Shown: positions 27,062 through 37,730 of the stretch, piece after piece
Layout: each line of letters starts with the position of its first letter
How positions within the stretch are numbered: the stretch's first letter is position 1
Source of the DNA: a bacterium
GTDB lineage: Bacteria; Bacteroidota; Bacteroidia; Bacteroidales; F082
Direction of reading: 5' to 3'
NCBI GenBank assembly: GCA_037382165.1
Contig: JARRQC010000006.1
Span: 1-45,001 of the forward strand
Length of the DNA stretch: 45,001 bases
Program-made: the position numbers and the translations under genes
The notes under the pieces: generated by a model
Database searches by the model: none
What the model saw: only the letters and a program-made list of their open reading frames with translations
What the model was told of the DNA's origin: nothing

Positions 27062-28650
27062 TAAGAAATAAACTGTTGCTCTTCTCCTCTCTGCTTGCCT
27101 TGCTGGTTGTCTTTTCCTGTAATTACCAGGAGCAGGAAAAGAATTCAAGCCCTGTTACCAGGCAGTTATCTGAAAGTCAATACAATGAAAAATACCGTCC
27201 GCAGATCCATTTTTCACCGGATTCCATGTGGATGAATGATCCGAATGGCATGGTCTATTATGATGGAGAATATCATTTATTCTACCAGTACTACCCGGAA
27301 GATATCGTCTGGGGGCCCATGCACTGGGGTCATGCCATAAGTACGGACCTTGTTCGATGGGAACATCTTCCCATTGCTTTGTATCCTGATGAGCATGGAT
27401 ATATTTTCTCAGGGAGCGCAGTGGTAGACCACAATAACACTTCGGGTCTCGGGACTGAAGAGCAGCCGCCCATGGTAGCTATTTTTACTTATCATGATGC
27501 TGAAGCTGCCGATAAAGGCAGTATTGACTACCAGACACAGGGTATTGCCTATAGCCTGGACAGGGGAAGGAATTGGACAAAATACGACCAGAACCCTGTA
27601 TTGCCAAATCCCGGATTACGGGATTTTCGTGATCCGAAAGTGATGTGGTATCCCCGGGAGGAAATGTGGATCATGAGCCTGGCTGCAGGTGACCATATCC
27701 GCTTCTATTCCTCTCCGGACTTAATTCATTGGGATTTTGAAGGTGAATTTGGCAGCAATGCAGGTGCTCACGGTGGGGTTTGGGAATGCCCTGATCTGTT
27801 TCCCCTGATGGTTGGCAGTGTCAAAAAATGGGTATTGCTCGTAAGCATCAATCCCGGAGGGCCATTTGGCGGTTCGGCGACACAATACTTTATCGGTCAG
27901 TTCAATGGCAAAACATTTGTCAACGATAACAGTGACTCAGCAATATTATGGCTTGACCATGGCAGGGACAATTATGCCGGGGTCACTTACTCCAATATCC
28001 CCGAAAAAGATGGCCGGAGAATTTTTATCGGCTGGATGAGTAACTGGGACTATGGTCAGGAAGTACCGACCAAAAGATGGAGAAGTGCCATGACAATCCC
28101 AAGGACACTCGAATTGAAGAATACGGAGGAAGGAATAAGGCTGTTCTCAAGACCAGTAATCGAACTGGAAACACTTCGCAAAGACACAACCCGGTTAAAC
28201 ATTGGTTTGATACCTGAAAATCAAAATATTACCATCCCCCTGGAAATACCCTGCGAAATTGACCTGCAATTTACCACGAACGGTAATCATCCGGAAGCCG
28301 ATTCACGGTTTGGTCTCTCACTTTTCAATGCGATGGGTGAGCAAATGACCATCGGGTTTCGTCCGGCTGAGCAAGAGTTTTACACTGACCGCAGGTCGAG
28401 CAGCAAACGGGTATTTAACGAGGGTTTTGAAAGTGTCCAATACGCACGCTTCAATCCCGAAGATGGACAGATCGAAATGAGACTGTATATCGATGTCTCC
28501 AGTGTTGAGTTGTTTGCCGGCGACGGAGAAGTGGTTATGACTGATCTTTTCTTTCCGGTGGAAGAATACGACTCCCTGACCTTTTTCTCTCAGGATACCG
28601 AAGCCATCCTTCAGAAAGGAATCCTGTATTCTCTGCAACCTATCTGGTAA
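27058..28650 (+). CDS. Secreted GH32 beta-fructofuranosidase / exo-fructanase (lipoprotein-like signal)
   Basis: Canonical WMNDPNG, FRDPKV and WECPDLF motifs. Signal peptide LLALLVVFSC. Confidence 0.9.
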   Translation: MIRNKLLLFSSLLALLVVFSCNYQEQEKNSSPVTRQLSESQYNEKYRPQIHFSPDSMWMNDPNGMVYYDGEYHLFYQYYPEDIVWGPMHWGHAISTDLVRWEHLPIALYPDEHGYIFSGSAVVDHNNTSGLGTEEQPPMVAIFTYHDAEAADKGSIDYQTQGIAYSLDRGRNWTKYDQNPVLPNPGLRDFRDPKVMWYPREEMWIMSLAAGDHIRFYSSPDLIHWDFEGEFGSNAGAHGGVWECPDLFPLMVGSVKKWVLLVSINPGGPFGGSATQYFIGQFNGKTFVNDNSDSAILWLDHGRDNYAGVTYSNIPEKDGRRIFIGWMSNWDYGQEVPTKRWRSAMTIPRTLELKNTEEGIRLFSRPVIELETLRKDTTRLNIGLIPENQNITIPLEIPCEIDLQFTTNGNHPEADSRFGLSLFNAMGEQMTIGFRPAEQEFYTDRRSSSKRVFNEGFESVQYARFNPEDGQIEMRLYIDVSSVELFAGDGEVVMTDLFFPVEEYDSLTFFSQDTEAILQKGILYSLQPIW

Positions 28651-28799
28651 ATAAACTTTTACCGATACCTGCTCACATATCTTTGGATAGCCCTTGGTGA
28701 ACCCATCTCTTTCAAAGTATAAGTACTTGACATTCAGGTTATTTTTTCTTACCTTAGTGCGTTGTTAAAACTACTGTACTCATTAAAAAAACTGTCACT

Positions 28800-29390
28800 A
28801 TGAAAAGAACTTTGATTTTGCCCATTATTACGCTGGGGGTATTCCTGTCCGTTACCTGGTATGGATGCTGCCCTCCGTACGATGAGGCCAAGACACTGGC
28901 TGTACCTCTGTGGCCACAGGAAACTACCTGGTGGTGCTGGGCAGCCAGCGGCCAGATGTGTATGGATTTCCTGGGAAATAATGTTTCCCAGTGTACGCAG
29001 GCCAACAACCGGTTTGGTATGACCAATTGCTGCAATTCCCCTACACCCAATGCTTGTATCCAGGGGGGATGGCCTGAATTCAGCAAATATGGGTTCACTT
29101 CCAATCATACCAGTAACACCGCCTTAAGCTGGGACAAGATCCGCAGCGAGATCGACTGCAAGAACCGTCCTTTCACCTATACCTGGCACTGGGCCGGCGG
29201 CAGCGGACACATGGTAACAGTTGTAGGCTATTCCGTAGGAGAATCTCCGGGAGAGAAGTACCTGCACATCAACAATCCCCTCCCCGTCAATGTAGGCAGC
29301 ACGTATACGATCACTTACACTGCTTATGTAGCCGGCAGTCCCGGTTCGTCCCACTGGGATGATTATTACGAAATAGTACGTACACCCTAA
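28800..29390 (+). CDS. Secreted Cys-rich papain-fold cysteine peptidase (C39/C70-like)
   Basis: Signal peptide. Q-x5-CW (PQETTWWCWAAS), His in GSGHMVTVVGY and Asn in LHINNP reproduce the papain Gln-Cys...His...Asn order. Ten further Cys suggest disulfides. Confidence 0.65.
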   Translation: MKRTLILPIITLGVFLSVTWYGCCPPYDEAKTLAVPLWPQETTWWCWAASGQMCMDFLGNNVSQCTQANNRFGMTNCCNSPTPNACIQGGWPEFSKYGFTSNHTSNTALSWDKIRSEIDCKNRPFTYTWHWAGGSGHMVTVVGYSVGESPGEKYLHINNPLPVNVGSTYTITYTAYVAGSPGSSHWDDYYEIVRTP

Positions 29391-29402
29391 ATCTCACCCA
29401 TC

Positions 29403-30023
29403 ATGAAAAAAATAGTTGTAATACTGATCAGCATAACCTTGATCTGGGGTGCAAACCTCTATGGACAGAACCAGGATTACATGGAACTGGCCAGGCGGAC
29501 GTTGGAAGAATTCTCCTATTCGGTCACAGACCAGAATGCCAAATATTACGGCCTCTCCTCACCGGATGTTCTGAAAACAGTAAAGCCCGGAGATCCTGTC
29601 ATACACTACGCGGTGGGTCTCAACAGCCTGAAGGAATATACGGCTGACATGGATCCTGAAAAGATCATCACGGAAATGGGTTATGTCACCGTTCCATTGG
29701 TCAACCCGGAAACCGGTAAGGTGGAGACTTTTGTGATGCTGAGCCGTATCGAAGGAAAATTCCAGCCGGCCGGCATGGGTCAGGCACCCTATAGCATGAA
29801 CTTCATGGTTTTGACCAAACGGGCTGAAGTGCCAAAAGATGCCAGGCTGATCCGTATCCCGGCACTGAACATGGCCTATATCGGCATGACTATGAATGAT
29901 ACACTGAAACTCATTCCAATCCTTAACAAGGATCAGATGGAATTTATTCCGGAACCCGCCTCAATGATCTTCGAAGAACTGGGAAGGCAGGTGAAGGATC
30001 TGAAAGAGGATGTTCCGCACTAA
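29403..30023 (+). CDS. Orphan secreted 206-aa protein, partner of the peptidase
   Basis: Signal peptide MKKIVVILISITLIWGANLYGQ. It starts 12 nt after the peptidase stop and shares the terminator at 30173. I recognise no family. Confidence 0.5.
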   Translation: MKKIVVILISITLIWGANLYGQNQDYMELARRTLEEFSYSVTDQNAKYYGLSSPDVLKTVKPGDPVIHYAVGLNSLKEYTADMDPEKIITEMGYVTVPLVNPETGKVETFVMLSRIEGKFQPAGMGQAPYSMNFMVLTKRAEVPKDARLIRIPALNMAYIGMTMNDTLKLIPILNKDQMEFIPEPASMIFEELGRQVKDLKEDVPH

Positions 30024-30172
30024 ATTACTTAGAAGCAGAGCGCTCGGGGTAATACATGGAAATTACCACGGGATCGGGGAATTAACCCACACCTCTTCTC
30101 ATCCGCAGAAGTGGAATCGACGGCGGAATTAAGTCAGTTAATGTATTTTAATTGAATAGTATTTTGAATACC

Positions 30173-30205
30173 AATCCCGGGCGACATTGTCCGGGATTGT
30201 TTTTT
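30173..30205 (+). terminator. Rho-independent terminator
   Basis: Stem AATCCCGG (30173-30180) / CCGGGATT (30191-30198), 10-nt loop, then GTTTTTT. Confidence 0.65.
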
Positions 30206-30425
30206 CAGGAAATATTGGTATCAATGGGTATCCGATAAATAAATGTGACTATAAGTTTTAAGAGTCATAGATACCCTAAAACACCCTGGCGACAATATCC
30301 TGATAGTTGTTTATTGATAATTGAAGCAATGAACCTTTGGATGATCCGGTAGGTTGATTTATTTATGACTTATGGAGTGCAGGTAGTTTAATAATATTAA
30401 TTTTTGCTTAACGGATATTTGTAAA

Positions 30426-31472
30426 ATGAGAGTGGTAAATTTTTTCATGCTGGCAACTACACTATTCTTATTGTCCTGTAATGCTAATTTTAAGCATCTC
30501 AACAAAGAAACAAATGTTAACCAACTCACTACCGAGCTTCTTTTACAGGATGAGGTTTACAGTGATAAGATTGAGGATTTCTACAACAGCGGTCAGGAAG
30601 GCTATTTTGAGGGACAAGAAGGCGTTCCCATTTATTACAAGTTCTTCAGACAATCAGACAGAAAAGCGCCGGCCATCATGATCTCTTCAGGAAGGACAGA
30701 AGCTGCGATCAAATACAAAGAACTGATCTTTGATCTGTATAACGAGGGTTATTCAGTTTATATTCATGATCACAGGGGGCAGGGGCTATCAGGGAGAATG
30801 ACCGAAGACCCGGATATGGGCTACATCGATACGTTCCAGTTCTATGTTGACGATATGAAGTTTTATTATGACAATATGGTCATACCCGGCGGTCATAAAC
30901 AGATTTATTTGCTGGCTCACTCCCTGGGTGGTGCGATCGGCATGACTTACCTTGAACAGTATGCAGGAGATTTTAAAGCTGCTGCCTTCTCCTCTCCGAT
31001 GCTCGGACTGAAACCACCTGCCTGCGAAGCGGTAATGCTCCTAGCCGGTGATGAACCTAAATATGCGCTGGGTCAGCATAAATATGATGATGACAAAACT
31101 GACTTTACAAAGAACAAGCTGACCGGTTCAAAAATCCGGTATGAAAGGATGATCGAAGCTTACGAGAAAGAACCCAAAGCGAGATTGGGCGGAGCCACCT
31201 ATCAATGGGTGTTGAGATCATGCCAACAATTTGACTATATGAACGAAAACATCGACCGGATCCAAACGCCTTTTATCCTCTTTTCCGCTGAAGACGAGCG
31301 GATCGTAAATCCCAGGGCACATCAGCGCTTTGTCGAAAGTGCGCTGGAGCTGGGCAAAACCTGCCAGGCGTGGGTGATCGAGAACGCACAGCATGAGCTG
31401 CTGATTGAAAAGGATGAACAACGGATAGATACGCTGAACCATATTTTGAAGTTCTACGCGCAGTACCGCTGA
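30426..31472 (+). CDS. Alpha/beta hydrolase, lysophospholipase L2 (PldB)-like lipoprotein
   Basis: HDHRGQGLSGRM and the nucleophile elbow AHSLGG. Lipobox LLSC. Confidence 0.8.
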   Translation: MRVVNFFMLATTLFLLSCNANFKHLNKETNVNQLTTELLLQDEVYSDKIEDFYNSGQEGYFEGQEGVPIYYKFFRQSDRKAPAIMISSGRTEAAIKYKELIFDLYNEGYSVYIHDHRGQGLSGRMTEDPDMGYIDTFQFYVDDMKFYYDNMVIPGGHKQIYLLAHSLGGAIGMTYLEQYAGDFKAAAFSSPMLGLKPPACEAVMLLAGDEPKYALGQHKYDDDKTDFTKNKLTGSKIRYERMIEAYEKEPKARLGGATYQWVLRSCQQFDYMNENIDRIQTPFILFSAEDERIVNPRAHQRFVESALELGKTCQAWVIENAQHELLIEKDEQRIDTLNHILKFYAQYR

Positions 31473-31987
31473 CTATAGATCACTGAAAGCTCAGAAAAGT
31501 CAAATTAACCCGCATCTATAAAAGAAAAATTATACTTTATCATTTATTTTTGCAGTAGGCGTCATCTATTATATATGAACCCAAATGAGAAAATGTCTTC
31601 GATGATCTCTCCCGGTGTTTTGAACAGTGTCTTCGGATACATTCATTTGCTAGACCATAAGGGGGGCGTCAATTATCATATGATGCTGCTTATCGAATAA
31701 AGGATGATGAATATAGAGATCCCGCAGAGTTTTTTGTTAATTGCTTTTGTGCTGTACCCGGCGCTTCTGGCTATGGGTGACAATGTCTGGGGTACAACGG
31801 ATAAATACCAACAGAAAGTGAGTCAAAAAAGCCTCTTTTTCTTTATCACCCACAACAGGGATCAGGCTATGTTTAGCTGCCTGGTTGAGGGAAGAGGTAA
31901 CAAGCCAATTACAAAACCTGCAGGGAATATTTGGGGAATTCAGAACCAGCCATCCTGAAAGCATAAACCAACAATACATTTTGCACT

Positions 31988-34426
31988 ATGAAATATGGAT
32001 TTTTTGATGACGAAAGAAAAGAATACGTAATCACGAATCCGGAAACGCCCTATCCCTGGATCAATTATTTGGGAAATCATGATTTTTTCTCGCTGATCTC
32101 CAATACAGCAGGGGGATATACCTTTTACAAGGATGCCAAATTTCGCCGCCTGACCAGATATCGCTACAATAACGTCCCCACCGATGATGGCGGGAAATAT
32201 TTCTACATCAAGGACGGGGATACGATCTGGTCACCGGGCTGGAAACCGGTAAAAACAGCGCTCGACAGCTACGAATGCCGGCATGGTTTAAGCTATACCC
32301 TCATCAAAGGGATAAAAAACGGAATAGAGGCGGAAGTGCGTTATTTCGTTCCCCTGCATTTCAGGGGCGAGATACAGCAGGTCAGACTGAAGAACGACTC
32401 TTCCACGAACAAATCCATTAAACTTTTCTCTTTCATGGAATGGGCGCTGTGGAATGCGCAGGATGATATCACTAACTTTCAGCGTAACCTATCCACAGGC
32501 GAAGTGGAAGTGGAAGATTCGGTCATTTACCACAAAACGGAATACCGGGAAAGAAGGAACCATTATGCCTTTCATGCGGTAAACCATCCCCATGCAGGGT
32601 TTGATACCGACAGGGAAACCTTTTTGGGTCTGTATAATGGCTTTGACCAACCCCAGATTGTTGCTGAAGGGAAAGCGAACAATTCAGTGGCCCATGGCTG
32701 GTCACCCGTTGCTTCACACTATTTCGAGATGGAACTGGAACCCGGAGAGGAAAAGTCGCTGATCTTTCTGCTTGGATATGTCGAAGTTCCGGAAGAAGAA
32801 AAATGGGAGAAGAAGGGTGTGATCAATAAGACCAAAGCCAAAGAAATGATAGCCGCCTTCGATTCGGATGAAAAAGTCGAGCAGGCATTTCAGGCCCTCA
32901 AACAATACTGGAATGATCTCCTTGGTAATTATCTGCTGGAGCACCAGGATAAGCGGCTGAAACGGATGGTCAATACCTGGAATCAATATCAATGCATGGT
33001 CACCTTCAACATGTCGCGAAGCGCTTCCTATTTTGAGTCGGGTATCGGACGCGGCATGGGTTTCAGGGATTCCAACCAGGACCTGATCGGCTTTGTACAT
33101 CAGGTACCCGAACGTGCCCGTGAACGTATTATTGACATTGCTTCCACACAGTTCCCCGACGGAGGCTGCTATCACCAGTACCAGCCGCTGACCAAAAGGG
33201 GGAACCATGACATTGGGGGAGGATTCAACGACGACCCGCTATGGCTTATACTTGGGACTACAACTTATATCAAGGAGACCGGAGACATGGACATATTAGA
33301 TGAGATGGTGCCTTATGATAATGATCCAAACCTCGCACAACCACTTTTTGATCACCTCAGGGTTTCGTTCGAACATGTCATTAATAACCTGGGGCCACAT
33401 GAACTGCCACTGATCGGACGGGCTGACTGGAATGACTGCCTGAACCTGAATTGTTTTTCCGCTGATCCGGACGAGTCATTTCAAACCGCAGATAATACAA
33501 CCGAAGGCTCTAAGGCCGAATCGCTGATGATCGCCGGGTTGTTCGTGGTTTGTGGCCGCGATTATATTGAATTGTGTCAAAACGCGGGCAAACAGGAAGA
33601 GGCTGACAGGGCAAGTCGTTATGTTGAGAAAATGGCTGAGGCCATAAAACAGCATGGATGGGATGGAGAATGGTTCCTGCGTGCGTATGATTTTTATGGC
33701 AACAAGATTGGCAGCCATGAAAATGAAGAGGGAAAAATCTTCATCGAGTCAAATGGTTGGTGTTCCATGGCGGGAATAGGGAAAGAAGAAGGAATGGTTA
33801 CCAAAGCCCTGGATTCAGTTGCGAAACATCTCGACACAAAATATGGTCTCGTGCTGAACCATCCCAGCTATTCAAAATATCACCCGGAGTTGGGGGAAAT
33901 ATCCTCCTATCCACCCGGATACAAGGAAAATGGCGGCATTTTCTGCCATAATAACCCCTGGATCATGATCGGGGAAACGGTGATGGGAAGAGGAGAAGAA
34001 GCCTTCGGTTATTACAAAAAAATTGCGCCAGCTTACCTTGAAGAGATCAGCGAACTGCACAGAACGGAACCCTATGTATATGCACAAATGATCGCCGGCA
34101 AAGACGCGTATAAGCCGGGCGAAGCGAAGAATTCATGGCTCACGGGAACGGCGGCATGGAACTATTATGCCATTACTCAGCATATTCTGGGAATCAAACC
34201 ACATTACGAAGGACTGCTTATCGATCCTTGCATCCCTCCATCGTGGGATGGGTTTACCATACACAGGACTTTCCGCGGGGTGAAATACTGCATCAAAATA
34301 AGCAACCCAAATAAAGTATCTAAAGGAGTTGCCCGGATGATCATTGATGGGGAAACCCATTCCGGTGAGATAGTTCCACTTTTTGAAGCGGGAACAAAAC
34401 ACGAAGTCAGCGTCATTTTGGGGTAA
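31988..34426 (+). CDS. GH94 cellobiose/chitobiose phosphorylase
   Basis: The N-terminus [29 protein letters not shown] and the 812-aa length match cellobiose phosphorylases. Confidence 0.9.
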   Translation: MKYGFFDDERKEYVITNPETPYPWINYLGNHDFFSLISNTAGGYTFYKDAKFRRLTRYRYNNVPTDDGGKYFYIKDGDTIWSPGWKPVKTALDSYECRHGLSYTLIKGIKNGIEAEVRYFVPLHFRGEIQQVRLKNDSSTNKSIKLFSFMEWALWNAQDDITNFQRNLSTGEVEVEDSVIYHKTEYRERRNHYAFHAVNHPHAGFDTDRETFLGLYNGFDQPQIVAEGKANNSVAHGWSPVASHYFEMELEPGEEKSLIFLLGYVEVPEEEKWEKKGVINKTKAKEMIAAFDSDEKVEQAFQALKQYWNDLLGNYLLEHQDKRLKRMVNTWNQYQCMVTFNMSRSASYFESGIGRGMGFRDSNQDLIGFVHQVPERARERIIDIASTQFPDGGCYHQYQPLTKRGNHDIGGGFNDDPLWLILGTTTYIKETGDMDILDEMVPYDNDPNLAQPLFDHLRVSFEHVINNLGPHELPLIGRADWNDCLNLNCFSADPDESFQTADNTTEGSKAESLMIAGLFVVCGRDYIELCQNAGKQEEADRASRYVEKMAEAIKQHGWDGEWFLRAYDFYGNKIGSHENEEGKIFIESNGWCSMAGIGKEEGMVTKALDSVAKHLDTKYGLVLNHPSYSKYHPELGEISSYPPGYKENGGIFCHNNPWIMIGETVMGRGEEAFGYYKKIAPAYLEEISELHRTEPYVYAQMIAGKDAYKPGEAKNSWLTGTAAWNYYAITQHILGIKPHYEGLLIDPCIPPSWDGFTIHRTFRGVKYCIKISNPNKVSKGVARMIIDGETHSGEIVPLFEAGTKHEVSVILG

Positions 34427-34595
34427 TTGCTTTAGCCCTGAGGATGAGGACAGGGATATCCGGCCAATTTACCCGGGAAAATAAAATGAAAAGGTATACC
34501 AACTTTATCCTGATTGTTTTTCAAGTCCGGATTTAATCGTTTATCCATGCCGTAATATATTGAACAGTATATACAATGGATGATGACCGGACCAT

Positions 34596-34898
34596 TCAAT
34601 GATGCAACGATTCATGACAGGCATGGCAAACCGAAACCAGCCAGTCGATGGGCTCCCTTCCGATGTTTCGTTTCGCGTACCTTTTATGATGAACCTGGGT
34701 GGCACGCGCCCCGCAATACACACATTGCCAGTTATCCCTTCTGAGCACTACATAACGCTTGCGCCTCCAGTCATCTGATTTAAGGTAAACATTCCGGTAA
34801 TAGTCCCTGCGGCGCTTTCGCTTCCTTTCAAAGGACCAACGTTTAAATACGGTAATGCCAACGATGACAACGATAAAAATGAGAATCCTGTAATCCAT
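34596..34898 (-). CDS. Membrane-anchored HNH-motif protein (100 aa)
   Basis: N-terminal TM helix ILIFIVVIVGITVF, a basic stretch KRKRRRDYY, then CVYCG...QVHH...VCHACHESLHH (CxxC...HH...CxxCH zinc/HNH layout). Confidence 0.6.
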   Translation of the reverse strand: MDYRILIFIVVIVGITVFKRWSFERKRKRRRDYYRNVYLKSDDWRRKRYVVLRRDNWQCVYCGARATQVHHKRYAKRNIGREPIDWLVSVCHACHESLHH

Positions 34899-34901
34899 GC
34901 T

Positions 34902-35564
34902 TTAAAGCTTGTGGTGCCAATCATTCAACAACTTGTCTTTCAATTTTTGGAAATCATCTTCCGAAATAATCCCTTTTTCCTTAAGGTCATGAAGTCTGGT
35001 GATTTCCTCTGAGATGCTATATTCGGATGCAGGCGCTTTTTTGTCGGCGGAATTTACCAAATATTGGGCCTGTTCCCTGATCTGCAATTTTCTATACTCT
35101 TCCTGGTACAGGGTAATCATATCCTTTAAAACCTTAGGTCTGGCAACCAAACGGTGTATTGTGGCGCCAGCCTCGGCAGCGGAGTGTATCTGCACCTCAC
35201 CATAATTGAATATCCTTCCCAGGAGGGGTTGCCTGTAGGAGACATTATTGATCTTGTCCAACGGGGTTTCCTTGGAATTATTGGTAAATACCCCGTATTC
35301 ATCGATTACTCTCAAATTGGTTACCGCCCATAAATTATTATTTCTGTCCATGATCCTGTATAGGAACCATAAAAGCGTCAGAACGATTGTTATCCCTGCA
35401 CCCACGAGAATGATGTTGCCATAAGCGGTATCAGCACCGTATACGCCAGCCACTGCGGCAATGGCCAGCAATATGATGGCCCCAAGCGTGGGTTGTAAAA
35501 GTACAAGCCAGTGTTTTCTGATTGTCAGGACTACCTCTTCATTTTCCTTTAATTGCGTCTTCAT
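34902..35564 (-). CDS. Membrane protein with bPH_2 (YdbS/YdbT-like) core and a C-terminal SHOCT-like motif
   Basis: EEVVLTIRKHWLVLL is followed by two TM helices and a PH-like region (WAVTNLRVIDEYG). The C-terminal LHDLKEKGIISEDDFQKLKDKLL is SHOCT-like. Its stop lies 3 nt before the HNH start. Confidence 0.6.
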   Translation of the reverse strand: MKTQLKENEEVVLTIRKHWLVLLQPTLGAIILLAIAAVAGVYGADTAYGNIILVGAGITIVLTLLWFLYRIMDRNNNLWAVTNLRVIDEYGVFTNNSKETPLDKINNVSYRQPLLGRIFNYGEVQIHSAAEAGATIHRLVARPKVLKDMITLYQEEYRKLQIREQAQYLVNSADKKAPASEYSISEEITRLHDLKEKGIISEDDFQKLKDKLLNDWHHKL

Positions 35565-35819
35565 GATGAATCCATTGATTAACGATTATATTCATTCACC
35601 TGCAGCCATAGCAGCAACCACAGCCATGGCTTTCCTCCAAAAAGTTACGATTTAGTCTTTAGTTTCAGTTAAAGGCTGCAAAATTAGGGCTTTTGGGGGA
35701 GACACCAGGAATCCGGAAGTAATTTATAGCCTATTTAAAGAAAGATGATTCATTGAGGCCTTATTTCAAAAGCCGCAAATTCAATGAAAACAATTGGTGC
35801 AGCTATTTGCGTATTTTCT

Positions 35820-37730
35820 CTATTTACCGAACACTCCTATTTTTTCCTCTTCAAACAAATCCTTTACCTCTGTAAGGATATCCGGATCATCAATGGTTGA
35901 AGGAACGGCGAAATCCTTGCCGTCTGCGATAGACCGGATAACCTTACGCAGGATCTTCCCGGATCGTGTTTTGGGCAACCTTACGGCCACCAGCACCCTT
36001 TTCAGGGAAGCCACAGGACCGATCGCCTTTCGTATGTCATTGACCACTTCTGTCTGCAGCTGAAAATGCTCAATATCGGTTCCGGATTTAAGAACGGTGA
36101 TGGCAAGGGGTATCTGTCCTTTCAGGTCATCTTCGATACCAACCACACAACACTCCGCTACAGCCGGGTGCCTGGCGACCACCTCTTCCATTTCCGCTGT
36201 TGAAAGCCGGTGTCCGGCCACATTGATGATATCGTCCACACGGCCGGTGATGAAAACATAACCGTCTTCATCCAGGTAACCCCCATCACCGGAGAAGTAA
36301 TATCCATCGAACATTTCGAAATAGCCCCGTCTGAACCGCTCGGTATCGCCCCAAAGGTTGGGCAGTGTTCCCGGAGGCAGCGGCAATTTGATGGCGACAT
36401 ACCCTTCTTCCAACTTATCTGCCTGGCTTCCATCCTGTCGTAAAATATGCAGGTCATATCCAAAGACCGGTTTTGTGGCAGAGCCGGGTTTGATGTCAAA
36501 GTGTTTTTCGCACCCCATCATATTGGCCACCATCGGCCATCCGGTTTCCGTTTGCCACCAGTGGTCGATGACCGGAACATTCAGCTGCTTTGAAGCCCAG
36601 TCCAAGGTAGGCACGTCACAGCGTTCACCGGCCAGAAAGAGGTACCTCAGCCCGCTGAGATCAAATTGCCTGATCATTTTGCCGTCCGGATCTTCCTTCT
36701 TGATCGCACGGATGGCGGTAGGTGCCGTAAACATGACCCTCACATCGTGGTCGCTGATCACACGCCAGAATGTGGAAGCGTCAGGTGTTTTGACGGGTTT
36801 CCCTTCAAACAGTACGGTTGGGCAGCCATAGATCAGGGGTGCATAGACAATGTAGCTGTGGCCTACCACCCAGCCCACATCACTCGCCGCCCAGAAAACT
36901 TCACGAGGGTTGATCCCGTAAATATATTTCATGCTGAAATTCAGGGCCACAGCATGGCCGCCGTTGTCCCGGATGATCCCTTTGGGTTTTCCTGTCGTAC
37001 CTGAAGTGTAGAGGATATAAAGCGGATCTGTGGCATCCACTTCGGTGCACCTGACCGGGTCGGCAATCTTCATCAGGGTATGGTAATCGATATCATAGTC
37101 GGCGTCAGGCCGGATAGCGCCCAGTTTCCGGTTGTAGACGATCACATGTTCCGGTTGATGCGATGCAAGCCGGATCGCTTCATCCACCATGGGTTTATAG
37201 GGGATAATACGGTCCACCTCAATGCCTGATGTGGCGGTGATGATCGCTTTGGGTTTTGCATCATCGATACGGATGGCCAGCTCATGGGGCGCAAAACCGC
37301 CAAAGACCACGGAATGGACGGCGCCCAGGCGGGCACAGGCCAGCATCGAAACTACCGCGTGTGGGATCATGGGCATATAGATAATCACCGTATCTCCCTT
37401 TTCGATGCCAAGGCGTTTCATCCCTCCGGCCAGCCGGGCCACCTGGTCGCGAAGTTCGTTGTAAGTGTATTTTTTCAGGGTCTGGGTCACCGGTGAATCG
37501 TAGATCAGGGCTATGTCCTCCCCGCGGCCTTCCTCAATGTGTGCATCCAGCGCCAGGTAAGAGGTATTCAGTTTGCCTCCTTTAAACCAGCGGTAAAAAC
37601 CATTTTCATCTTTCGACAGGGAACGCTGCGGCATATGATACCATTTGATCTGCGAAGCCTGTTCCATCCAAAAACTTTCCGGATCCTTTATCGACCGGTT
37701 GAATTCCTTATCGTAGTTCTTCTGAGCCAT
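35820..37730 (-). CDS. prpE: AMP-forming acyl-CoA synthetase, propionate--CoA ligase-like
   Basis: YTSGTTGKPKG AMP motif. N-terminal and GGFAPHELAIRIDDAKP regions are colinear with PrpE. Acetate versus propionate specificity cannot be decided from the sequence. Confidence 0.8.
   Translation of the reverse strand: MAQKNYDKEFNRSIKDPESFWMEQASQIKWYHMPQRSLSKDENGFYRWFKGGKLNTSYLALDAHIEEGRGEDIALIYDSPVTQTLKKYTYNELRDQVARLAGGMKRLGIEKGDTVIIYMPMIPHAVVSMLACARLGAVHSVVFGGFAPHELAIRIDDAKPKAIITATSGIEVDRIIPYKPMVDEAIRLASHQPEHVIVYNRKLGAIRPDADYDIDYHTLMKIADPVRCTEVDATDPLYILYTSGTTGKPKGIIRDNGGHAVALNFSMKYIYGINPREVFWAASDVGWVVGHSYIVYAPLIYGCPTVLFEGKPVKTPDASTFWRVISDHDVRVMFTAPTAIRAIKKEDPDGKMIRQFDLSGLRYLFLAGERCDVPTLDWASKQLNVPVIDHWWQTETGWPMVANMMGCEKHFDIKPGSATKPVFGYDLHILRQDGSQADKLEEGYVAIKLPLPPGTLPNLWGDTERFRRGYFEMFDGYYFSGDGGYLDEDGYVFITGRVDDIINVAGHRLSTAEMEEVVARHPAVAECCVVGIEDDLKGQIPLAITVLKSGTDIEHFQLQTEVVNDIRKAIGPVASLKRVLVAVRLPKTRSGKILRKVIRSIADGKDFAVPSTIDDPDILTEVKDLFEEEKIGVFGK

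Noticed and set aside
31473-31987. 515-bp gap upstream of the GH94 gene containing overlapping 84-aa (+) and 80-aa (-) ORFs and a 41-aa ORF (31576-31701).
   Set aside because: No motifs, mutually overlapping on opposite strands, and no recognisable RNA structure. Probably promoter/leader DNA, although a decayed gene cannot be excluded without a similarity search.
35592-35627. 11-codon minus-strand mini-ORF MAVVAAMAAGE with a GGAGG-like sequence upstream, just ahead of the bPH/SHOCT gene.
   Set aside because: It is too short to evaluate, and Bacteroidota make little use of Shine-Dalgarno pairing. It could be chance and is noted only as a possible leader peptide.
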